Shown: piece after piece, positions 23,497 to 34,580 of the stretch
Numbering within the stretch: the first letter of the stretch is position 1
How the letters are laid out: the number at the start of each line of letters is the position of its first letter
Assembly (NCBI GenBank): GCA_002269645.1
Contig: NIVC01003649.1
Coordinates: 1 to 64,000 of the forward strand
Origin: Macrostomum lignano
Lineage: Eukaryota
DNA length: 64,000 bases
Direction of reading: 5' to 3'
Notes under the pieces: generated by a model
The model's database searches: none
Told to the model about the DNA's origin: nothing
The model's input: only the letters and a program-made list of their open reading frames with translations
Translations under genes and position numbers: made by a program

Positions 23497-23690
23497 TGTA
23501 GTCTGGCTTGTTGGTGCGCGTGCACTTAGATGTGCACGTCTGGCTGGTTTGGGGGTTGGGGTTTAGCGCTGCGGCGTGTGCGTGCTTAGGGTGGTTACAC
23601 CCACCCCAACTTTGGCAATAAATATATTGGCGTGAGCCAGTGAGGTCTCCTCACGTTTTGATTCTCTGCAATTCAACCCACGGTCTTACA
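23497..23690 (+). repeat. 3' LTR (194 bp)
   Basis: Identical to the 5' LTR by eye. Confidence 0.97.
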
Positions 23691-24254
23691 GGATCATCAT
23701 TTGTGTTTAATCAAGGGGATTACAATCCAGGGGGAATTACTGAATAAATTAATGAGAAACAGCTGGAATTCCGGTATCTGACCACAAAAAATACTTTAAG
23801 CCAACAGTACCCACCCTCGGGCGAAATGAGTTAGCAATTGTTACTGCGGATATAACCTGCATTAACCCCACCCGAACACCTGTGACAGTTCGTCAAGACT
23901 CTGCGCCGTCCTCCCAGATCCCCATTGGGAAATAACGAATGCAAAGTGGATCACGGGGCCACAGCAAAGTTGCAAAGCAAAACAGAAGAGCTTAAGGCTT
24001 GCCTAAAAAAGGTCACGTATTATGGTGGGACGGAAAAAGCAAAACTATCCAGGTCTTTGTCATATGCATAATTTGATTCGATCTATGATGTAGCGGCCAC
24101 CGCCTGACCCTCCTCTGCCAGCCCCGGGAACAGCTGCCATCCTTGAACTAATTAGATTTCACTGGTCAGGCCATGATACTGCTGATTCAGCCTGCGCTTC
24201 TGCTTCTCATAATTTCACTCCGCTTCTCTCAGTTTCACAGCCTCATCATTCTAC

Positions 24255-24790
24255 TCTAGCTTATACTGTAGTCTCATATCCTCTCTCTACTTCTCTTCTT
24301 AGTAGTCTCATATCCTCTCTCTACTTCTCTAAGGTTATACTGAAGTCTCATATCCTCTCTCTACTTCTCTAGCTTATACCGCAGTCTCATATCCTCTCTC
24401 TACTTCTCTAAGGTTATACTGAAGTCTCATATCCTCTCTCTACTTCTCTAGCTTATACTGTAGTCTCATATCCTCTCTCTACTTCTCTAGCTTATACTGT
24501 AGTCTCATATCCTCTCTCTACTTCTCTAGCTTATACTGTAGTCTCATATCCTCTCTCTACTTCTCTAGCTTATACCGTAGTCTCATATCCTCTCTCTACT
24601 TCTCTTCTTAGTAGTCTCATATCCTCTCTCTAATTCTCTAAGGTTATACCAAAGTCTCATATCCTCTCTCTACTTCTCTAGCTTATACCGCAGTCTCATA
24701 TCCTCTCTCTACTTCTCTAGCTTATACCGCAGTCTCATATCCTCTCTCTACTTCTTCCTCTAGTATAGTCTCATAACTTCTCTCCTTCTT

Positions 24791-24822
<32 letters not shown>

Positions 24823-24830
24823 ATCTCTTA
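24255..24830. repeat. 39-bp minisatellite AGCTTATACTGTAGTCTCATATCCTCTCTCTACTTCTCT ending in (CT)n
   Basis: Tandem periodicity. Confidence 0.93.
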
Positions 24831-25409
24831 GGCTCGAATCCTCACTCTACCTCTCTCAGTGTCTAGAGCCTGCATTCAGAACACGAGAGCCCCATTCAAG
24901 AGACACAGCAAGCATGCAACGAACAAGTCAGAAAAGCAAATTATTGATACAAGCAAAGATTTTTTAATGCAAAACAATCCGTTGCATCGCGCGCTTGCAG
25001 CTTATCCGCAATTCCGTGGGTTCAGGGCAAGGAGGATTATTGACAGAGCTGACCCACCTCCCACCTCTGACGCCGCGGTGTCACTTGCGAAGGATTCCCT
25101 CACACCTGGTCACCCGCATGACAATCAGCGGTCATCCCCAGCCACCCCCCGCCCTCCGCCGCGGCTGTTGCGGTCGCGAAGGCCCGCCTCTCCGCATCTC
25201 CGCCTCTCGGCTGGTTGTTCGTTCAATTTTCCTTAAAACAACAGGCAAATTGGTCCGCTTCCCCGGCAACTCCAGCACCGAGGGTGGGGACCGGGTCAGC
25301 GGCAGCTGCAAGGACAACAAGAAACCGGAATTGGAGGAGTATTCGCTGCTGGAAAGCAACTCGATCTGTTAATGATGAGTCGATGAGGCGAGGTTCGGCT
25401 TTTTCAAAC

Positions 25410-26572
25410 TCGAGAGAGAGATCAGAGAGGGAGATCAGAGATCAGAGAGGGAGATCAGAGATCAGAGAGGGAGATCAGAGATCAGAGAGGGAGATCAGAG
25501 ATCAGAGAGGGAGATCAGAGATCAGAGAGGGAGATCAGAGATCAGAGAGGGAGAAGAGAGATCAGAGAGGGAGATCAGAGATCAGAGAGGGAGATCAGAG
25601 ATCAGAGAGGGAGAGGAGAGATCAGAGAGGGAGATCAGAGATCAGAGAGGGAGATCAGAGATCAGAGAGGGAGAGGAGAGATCAGAGAGGGAGATCAGAG
25701 ATCAGAGAGGGAGAAGAGAGATCAGAGAGGGAGAGGAGAGATCAGAGAGGGAGATCAGAGATCAGAGAGGGAGATCAGAGATCAGATAGGGAGATCAGAG
25801 ATCAGAGAGGGAGAAGAGAGATCAGAGAGGGAGAGGAGAGATCAGAGAGGGAGATCAGAGATCAGAGAGGGAGATCAGAGATCAGAGAGGGAGATCAGAG
25901 ATCAGAGAGGGAGATCAGAGATCAGAGAGGGAGATCAGAGATCAGAGAGGGAGAGGAGAGATCAGAGAGGGAGATCAGAGATCAGAGAGGGAGATCAGAG
26001 ATCAGAGAGGGAGATCAGAGATCAGATAGGGAGATCAGAGATCAGAGAGGGAGAAGAGAGATCAGAGAGGGAGAGGAGAGATCAGAGAGGGAGAGGAGAG
26101 ATCAGAGAGGGAGATCAGAGATCAGAGAGGGAGATCAGAGATCAGAGAGGGAGATCAGAGATCAGAGAGGGAGATCAGAGATCAGATAGGGAGATCAGAG
26201 ATCAGAGAGGGAGAAGAGAGATCAGAGAGGGAGATCAGAGATCAGAGAGGTGAGAGGAGAGATCAGAGAGGGAGAAGAGAGATCAGAGAGGGAGATCAGA
26301 GATCAGAGAGGGAGATCAGAGATCAGAGAGGGAGAAGAGAGATCAGAGAGGGAGAGGAGAGATCAGAGAGGGAGAAGAGAGATCAGAGAGGGAGAGGAGA
26401 GATCAGAGAGGGAGATCAGAGATCAGAGAGGGAGAGGAGAGATCAGAAAGGGAGAGGAGAGATCAGAGAGGGAGAAGAGAGATCAGAGAGGGAGAGGAGA
26501 GATCAGAGAGGGAGAGGAGAGATCAGAGAGGTAGAGGAGAGATCAGAGAGGTAGAGGAGAGATCAGAGAGGG
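25410..26572. repeat. 20-bp purine-rich minisatellite GATCAGAGAGGGAGATCAGA with variant units, ~58 copies
   Basis: Tandem periodicity. Confidence 0.95.
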
Positions 26573-27894
26573 AGCGCAGGATATAGGGGAGCAGTACAGG
26601 AGACGGCGGTGCAGTGCAAGCTGCAGACCAGCAACTTGTGCATGCCCTTATGAATCGGGTTTCAAATTCATAGTGGGTTATGCAGGACGCATGGGATGTC
26701 ATTAAGCTGTTCCCATTCAATCCAGAGCTGTCACTGCTGCGCCGCCTCTCATCATTCGATCAGCTGTCATCTCCCAATGCGGCCTGTTGCCCAGATTGGC
26801 GCGCGTGACTGCGGAGCGGGAAAAGTTCGATAACAAGAACTGCATGCATTTGGGCGGTCTTAGCCGAATATTTTGTGCTTAGCTGGAGAAATCTGGGAAG
26901 AAAAATTTGCTTTTTGTCACGCATCTGGGCCTGGGGGGCGGCAGATGAACGGGAGAATTCTCCTCAGTCAGTGTTGTTGTTCTTTGCTTCCTTGTAATAA
27001 CCCTTATAGATGTACCCAAGAAGGATTAGGGCTGATGGGCCTCAACTTCTGTTGCGCCCGACCCGCTACTGACAGATGAAAAATTAGATTTTCCAAAACT
27101 CGAGAGTCTCTGATGACGGCAGCGGCGGCAGAATCGAATCGATTGTCTGTTCTTTAACGAATTTGCATGCCAGAATATCGAGTTGGACAGGTGTGCGTCC
27201 TCCAGCGATTGCATTTGTCTATGGTAAAAAAGCACAGTCCCGCCTGGCATTGTCAGCCTCATCATCATAAAAACAGCAGCCGCCGCACCCACAGATTTAT
27301 TAGGGGGGCCTCCGCCTCTTTGTCGCGGCCTGCAGGTCCTCCTGCCCTGGACAGGCATGGGACAATGGCCTGTTATATCAATTGCCAGACATGATAAGCA
27401 GCGAGAAAAAAATTGGACACAGAATGGACCGCAGCGGGTTTCACGCTTTTGCCACTGCCTGGCTGACGGCCTGCGCGTGTCAACAGGCTGGTGGGGGGGG
27501 AGTGGCACCAAAACCGCATCATTTTTAGCATCTTTGTCCCATGAATGATGAAGATGTGACCGTCACAGACTCCCCACGCCACTCCCCCACCTCCCGCATA
27601 CTCGGTAAATTGCCGCAATGTTTCCGCCAGCACAGACGCCGTGTATGCAGATTCTCTGCCTCATCAATCCTGATCTCTCATCTCTTTCTCGCTATCTCGC
27701 TCTCTCCTCACCATTCGAAACTCTCTTGGGACACTTCGTTGCTGACGTCGCTGTCGGGCTGAGCCGATGGTCTCCAGTGTCCGGCAATGCTTGCTATCCG
27801 ATTATCTGCGTCCCCAACTGCTGCCGGCTCCGCCCCCTCAGGGACGCTACGAAGAGTTTTTTTCCCGAATCCCACCCGCCTCCCAGCCCTGGCC

Positions 27895-28130
27895 GGGCCA
27901 ATCAGCGCTCGGGCTGGCCAACTTCTATTGGGTGGTGCCAGAGATGATGGGGGCAGCCAAGGAGGCTGCAATGTGAGCGGCGGCGAAAATTCGGAGTCTG
28001 AGGGGGGTTGGGGAAGGAGGTGATGGGGGGTGGGCGGGTGCCATGCAGCCTCGGCCGCCCCGCCGCAGCCACACGCTAACAGCTTCCCAGAGCCCGCCTC
28101 AGCCCGCGACATCCTCTTTAAAATAATCCC
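27895..28130 (+). promoter_or_regulatory. Probable Lbx proximal promoter (CCAAT boxes, GC-rich, TATA-like TTTAAAA)
   Basis: GGCCAATCAG near 27896, CTATTGG near 27926, TTTAAAATAA near 28117, all upstream of the ATG at 28277. Confidence 0.4.
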
Positions 28131-28276
28131 CAGCCCCTAACCCGGTTAGCGGTCTCCGAGCAGCTGCCACCCCAGAGCCTCATTGCGAATTCCGCGGCAA
28201 CAACCATCCGGAAAAAATATATATCGATAATACGTCGGCTCAGTGTTTCTGGGATCCCAAGAGAAAGTGGTGCATC

Positions 28277-28489
28277 ATGTTGGCCAGGCCGAAAAAGTCA
28301 TTCTTCATTCGGGACATTCTTCTCGATGATTCGCCGCCGCCGCAGCAGCAGCAGCAGCAGCAACAGTTCTCTCATCAGCATCAGGTTGGCGGTGCGGCTT
28401 TTGCTGCTTTTGCTCAAGCAGCTGCGGCGGCGGCTGCGGCTGCTGCGGCTGCTGCGGCTGCCAAGCACCATCAGCAGCGACATCAACAA

Positions 28490-28522
<33 letters not shown>

Positions 28523-31500
28523 CAGCAATCGCCTCAGCAGCAACAACAGCAGCATTCACCCTTGGATCAGCTGATGCGCCTGACCAAAAGCACTCTGCAG
28601 GGTCTGGACTACGATTTGAAGAACAACGGTAAGCAATTGATTCATTTTGTGCACTGGTAGTGTATTTCAGTCATGGACACCTGAAGTCAGGGGCAATTGA
28701 TTTTCTTAGAAATGAACTGGATTCGATTGGAATTTGTCTATGGCGAAACCCCAATAAGCGCTATGCGTTCTCCAGAGCATACTAAATGCATCGGAGATAT
28801 GATATATATACACTCCTTACCGACCTCCTGTTAATTTCTAGAAAAATAAAGTTTAGCGTCCTTTAAGTGTCCGCGGCTTTAAACAGTTGCTTCTAGTTCA
28901 AATGTAGCGCTTTGCAGCACTCCTCTATCCTTGATAAGATCTCCCCAGATCCTTGATGGATCTCCCCAGATCCTTGATAGATCTCCTCAGCTCCTTGATA
29001 GATCTCCCCAGCTCCTTGATAAATCTCCTCAGATCCTTAATAGATCTCCTCAGATCCTTGATAGATCTCCTCAGATCCTTGATAGATCTCCTCAGATCCT
29101 TGATAGATCTCCTCAGCTCTTTGATAGATCTCCTCAGATCCTTGATGATCTCCTCAGATCCTTGATAGCTCTCTTCAGATCATTGATAGATCTCCTCAGA
29201 TACTTGATAGATCTCCTCAGATCCTTGATAGATCTCCTCAGATCCTTGATAGATCTCCTCAGCTCTTTGATAGATCTCCTCAGATCCTTGATGATCTCCT
29301 CAGATCCTTGATAGCTCTCTTCAGATCATTGATAGATCTCCTCAGATCCTTGATAGATCTCCTCAGATCCTTGATAGATCTCCTCAGCTCCTTGATAGAT
29401 CTCCTCAGATCCTTGATGATCTCCTCAGATCCTTGATAGCTCTCTTCAGATCCTTGATAGATCTCCTCAGCTCCTCGATAGATCTCCCCAGCTCCTTGAT
29501 AAATCTCCTCAGATCCTTAATAGATCTCCTCAGATCCTTGATAGATCTCCTCAGATCCTTGATAGATCTCCTCAGCTCCTTGATAGATCTCCTCAGATCC
29601 TTGATGATCTCCTCAGATCCTTGATAGCTCTCTTCAGATCATTGATAGATCTCCTCAGATCCTTGATAGATCTCCTCAGATCCTTGATGATCTCCTCAGA
29701 TCCTTGATAGATCTCTTCAGATCATTGATAGATCTCCTCAGATCTTTGATAGGTCTCCTCAGATCTTTGATAGATCTCCTCAGATCTTTGATAGATCTCC
29801 TCAGATACTTGATAGATCTCCTCAGATACTTGATAGATCTCCTCAGATACTTGATAGATCTCCTCAGATCTTTGATAGATCTCCTCAGATCTTTGATAGG
29901 TCTCCTCAGATACTTGATAGATCTCTTCAGATCTTTGATAGATCTCCTCAGATACTTGATAGATCTCCTCAGATCCTTGATAGCTCTCTTCAGATCCTTG
30001 ATAGATCTCCTCAGATCCTTGATGATCTCTCCAGATCCTTGATAGATCTCCTCAGATCTTTGATAGATCTCCTCAGATACTTGATAGCATCGTCCTTAGA
30101 ATTTCTCAGAAGCATCTGACCAAAGAATAATCTCAGCAGTACAGATGGCTAAAATTTCCAATATTGTCATAAAAGCAGAAACGCACACAGATTAGTGCCC
30201 ACTGCCTCGCTCTCCAACATAGGCAAGTACTGACACTTGTTTCATTTGTTTATTCAATTCAAGCAAGTTGATTCAGCACCCCACCCTCAGCCTGCCAATA
30301 CACTGCTGCGGATATAATAAAGAGGAGGGAACACACGGCTGTTTGGGCTCGCACTTGGAGTATATCCCCATGGTTCTGGACCGCTAATCCCCCATGCCCG
30401 TTCGGACAGCTTTTGACTGGCACTGTCTGTCACTTCTGCCCGGTTCAAGTGGGCCCCGCCATCTCTCCTGTTCTGTCAATCGTGACAAGCAGAAACGGCT
30501 GCAAGCTTGCCGGGTTGTCGCCGCCTGCGCTACGGTTGTTATCCCTTCTTGTTTGTCCTCAGCTCGACGCTGCGGGGCCCTTGGCCGCATCGATATGGAT
30601 GGGGGGGATAGATGAGGATTCTGTCGGGGATTTCTGCTCCCAAGGATTTACCAGAGACAGAGGGCTTCTTCTACTGTTGAGGTTTTCCTCATTTTTAGCT
30701 GAGACCGTGAAGCCAGCGTGGGAGAGGGGGCCGGAGCGGGTGGGCAATTTCAAATGTCATTGGTAATGACGCTTGACGTGAACGGCTGCGCTAGGCCTTG
30801 CGCGCGGTCAGTATTTCTATAAATATTTTTCTAGGAATGGGGGACTTGTTATCTAATGCTTATCAACACAGGGTGCGCGACGGCCTCTTGGCGGCCGGGT
30901 AAACACGCTGCGGTGCAACTGCAATCCTTCATCCAAGCTGCGGATGGCGGGGGGGACTGACTGACTGAGGATTTCCCCTATCGGGCTGCGGAGCGGGAGA
31001 CAAGTTTTGGGGACAGGAATGGACCGAAGCCACTCTCGCTCAATGACACCTTAAATCGCGGATGACACACAGATTCCGACAAAGAGAATGGAGTAAGTAG
31101 TATAGGCAATATAGATATGGGATAGATATCCTTCAATTTGGAAGTCGCCAGCTTGACAAATTTACTTTAAGATAAGAGCTCAGCCTTCCTAATTACCGTC
31201 CGGGAAGCCCTCAGATTCCTCCTGTTCCTGACGCCAGAGCTGCAAATTTATTCAGAAGGCACCATGGCAAAGCAGGCAACGCTCCCCGCTCATTTGTCTT
31301 CAGTTTGTCCGATGCAATGATAGGCGGAGAAATATGGGTGAAAGTTTAGATTAGTCCGGCGGCCAAACTGAGCTCCCAGCATCAGATGCGGTCGGAGAGG
31401 AGCCACTTAATCAGTCATGTCATTTCCAAAGCAGCGGGGGGCCCCGGTCAGCAGCAAGGTGGACTGCGGTGGAGGCTTCGGGAACCGCTGTCAACGGCTG

Positions 31501-33257
31501 CTGCAGCCAAAGCCAAACTGTTGTGTTTGTGTGTTTGGACAGCGCGCTTGAGGGCTTGGAGATTTATATTACATTTGGCTGCAGTTTACAGGAGGCATCG
31601 AATTCTGTGAGACGGATTGCCTCTGGTCTGTTTTTTTCGCTGCGTTTTTCTGCTTGGTTTGTCGCCGGCTTTACTTTCTGCCGATGGGTTTGGTTCGAAT
31701 GTTTTTCATGGAGACAGGAGTGGCGGGCCCACTTTTCCACTGAAATAATACGGCTCTTTGTGATTTTTTCTCTTGTGTTGTTGGACAGACAGTGCAAGGG
31801 GCTAAAATTCTGATTTCGATCTGATAAAATATGAGAATTTATAGCTCACTAAAAGAGATTTACATGACTGAGAGGCAAAAAGAGAGACACAAATAAGACA
31901 CTACAGAGACACTAGAGAGACACTAGAGAGACACTAGAGAGACACTAGAGAGACACTAGAGAGACACTAGAAAGACACTAGAGAGACACTACAGAGACAC
32001 TAGAGAGACACTAGAGAGACACTAGAGAGACACGAGAGACACTAGAGAGACACTACAGAGACACTAGAGAGACACTACAGAGACACTAGAGAGACACTAC
32101 AGAGACACTAGAGAGACACGAGAGACACTAGAGAGACACTAGAGACACTACAGAGACACTAGAGAGACACGAGAGAGACACTAGAGAGACACGAGAGACA
32201 CTAGAGAGACACTAGAGAGACACTACAGAGACACTAGAGAGACACGAGAGAGACACTAGAGAGACACTAGAGAGACACTACAGAGACACGAGAGACACTA
32301 GAGAGACACTAGAGAGACACTAGAGAGACACTAGAGAGACACTAGAGAGACACTAGAGAGACACGAGAGACACTAGAGAGACATGAGAGAGACACTAGAG
32401 AGACACTAGAGAGACACTAGAGAGACACGAGAGACACTAGAGAGACATGAGAGAGACACTAGAGAGACACTAGAGAGACACTAGAGAGACACGAGAGAGA
32501 CACTAGAGAGACACTAGAGAGACACGAGAGAGACACGAGAGACACTAGAGAGACACTAGAGAGTCTACACGAGAGAGACACCACAGAGGCACGCTATAAA
32601 CATAATAGAGACACGAATACGCACGCAGTCTTCTCATCCCCATCGCCCCCTTCTCCACGTGCAGACGCGGACGCCTCCCTGGTGACGCTGTGGTCGGAGA
32701 AGAACGGCTTCAGGCGCCGCAGAAAGACCCGCACGGCCTTCACCAGCAAGCAGCTGAGCGTGCTGGAGGAGCGCTTCCACGAGCAGAAGTACCTCACGCC
32801 CAACATGCGCGACGAGATCGCCCAGTCGTTGGGTCTCACCAACGCCCAGGTGATCACCTGGTTCCAGAATCGGCGGGCAAAGATGAAGCGCGAGAACGAG
32901 GAGCTGAAGAATGACATGCTGGCTACGAGGAGCTCGGCCGTCGCCACTGATGCCGAAGCTGACCAAGACGACGATCTGGACGATTGCGTCTGCGACGAGG
33001 CGGCCGAACTCGCTGCCGAATCGGCGAACGTCGCCGACAACAACGCTGAGCTGGACGAGCCGATCAACCTGTCGGCTGACCTCGGCGGCTTCCGCGGCGG
33101 CGGAAAGCGCGGCTCGCCGACTTCCTCCTTGGACGAGTCGGAGCGCGGCGGCTCGCCATCGACTGAGGAGGTCGCAGGCGTCGCTGACGTCGCTTCTCCG
33201 CCGAAGCTGTTGAGCGCGAGCCATTTCAAGAAACGGAAGCTTCTGTCAACGGCCTGA
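28277..33257 (+). CDS. lbx: Ladybird-family (Lbx) homeobox protein, join(28277..28628,32665..33257), 314 aa
   Basis: eh1 motif FFIRDIL; PLDQLMRLTKSTLQGL matches the Lbx pre-homeodomain motif; homeodomain ...LGLTNAQVITWFQNRRAKMKRENEELKND. Phase-1 GT-AG intron keeps the frame. AATAAA at 33744. Confidence 0.92.
28930..30088. repeat. 21-bp minisatellite GATAGATCTCCTCAGATCCTT, ~55 copies (Lbx intron)
   Basis: Tandem periodicity. Confidence 0.95.
31895..32590. repeat. 11-bp minisatellite ACTAGAGAGAC (Lbx intron)
   Basis: Tandem periodicity. Confidence 0.93.
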
Positions 33258-33924
33258 ATAACCCAACGATTGTAAATGGTCAGTGGATCGGGCGGCTGCA
33301 CAATCCATGCAAAACCAAGCCAGTTCGGATTTGCCAGCTTTAAATATCTGGCCTGACTGACTACCGTAGAAGAACTGACAAATTATAACAAGCTTTATCG
33401 CTTTGTACATAACTGTGTGGCTTATGATTCATTTTTATTATATTAAAAAACACACGGCTTTGTTTAATTCGACAATTTATTTGGCAAATGTTATTGTCTA
33501 CTCGTTTCTAGGAAAATTGTTGTACACCAGAATTCTAAAATTCGTTTTAGCGTACGCCTGCATAGATTATTCCTATGTATTAGATAAAATTACTAATCGG
33601 CAATATGAACTGCTCATTGCTATTACAATTTCTCTTTATTGATTTTTGCCTCAGCCACCCCACCCTTACCCAGTTTGACTGTAAGAAGCTTCAAAGATAA
33701 TCTCGATTGTATCAAACGTGCCGGGCTTTTTAAGAAGTAACTTAATAAAACAAATATTTGCTAAACAACTTTATTTGTAACTTCTGCGCTAGGATGGAGT
33801 GAGTTTCATCAAAAACCAATTTTGTGTGTGATAGGAGTGGAATTCTTTGTTTGGTACTATGTACATTTGGTACTACATAATTCTACATTTAGAAAATCTA
33901 AAAGATATTTGTGGATTGGCGCAT

Positions 33925-34580
33925 GGGATAGATGCAGCATGGGATAGGTGAGACTAGGATAGATGAGACTGGGATAGATGAGACTGGGATAGATGAGACT
34001 GAGATAGATGAGACTGGGATAGATGCAGCATGGGATAGATGAGACTGGGATAGATGAGACTGAGATAGATGAGACTGGGATAGATGAGACTGGGATAGAT
34101 GCGGCATGGGATAGATGCGGCATGGGATAGATGCAGCATGGGATAGATGAGACTGGGATAGATGAGACTGAGATAGATGAGACTGGGATAGATGCGGCAT
34201 GGGATAGATGAGACTGAGATAGATGAGACTGGGATAGATGAGACTGGGATAGATGCGGCATGGGATAGATGCGGCATGGGATGGATGCGACATGGGATAG
34301 ATGCGACATGGGATAGATGCGACATGGGATAGATACGGCATGGGATTGATGAGACTGGGATAGATGCGGATAGATGCGGCATGGGATAGTTGCGACATGG
34401 GATAGATGCGACCTGAGATAGATGCGGCATGGGATAGATAAGATGAGGGATATAAGCGGATAGATGCGACATGGGATAGACGCGACATGGGATAGATGCG
34501 ACATGGGATAGATGCAACATGGGATAGATGCGACATGGGATAGATGCGACATGGGATAGATGCGACATGGGATAAATGAG
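33925..34580. repeat. Compound 15/16-bp minisatellite GGGATAGATGAGACT / GGGATAGATGCGGCAT
   Basis: Tandem periodicity. Confidence 0.92.

Larger units (their letters stand above)
18748..23690 (+). mobile_element. Full-length Ty3/Gypsy LTR retrotransposon (4943 bp)
   Basis: Two 194-bp LTRs (TG...CA); 4-bp TSD GGAT at 18744-18747 and 23691-23694; PBS; PPT; intact gag and pol in PR-RT-RH-IN order. Confidence 0.98.

Noticed and set aside
19002-23525. Many long antisense or alternative-frame ORFs overlapping gag-pol
   Set aside because: Expected shadow ORFs of GC-rich coding DNA; no recognisable domains
25215-26534. Arg/Glu-rich SR-like ORF (EREIRDQRGRSEIR)
   Set aside because: Translation of the 20-bp AG-rich satellite
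28931-30042. LIDLLRS heptad ORFs resembling a leucine zipper or LRR
   Set aside because: A 21-bp satellite inside the Lbx intron; the heptad follows simply from the unit length
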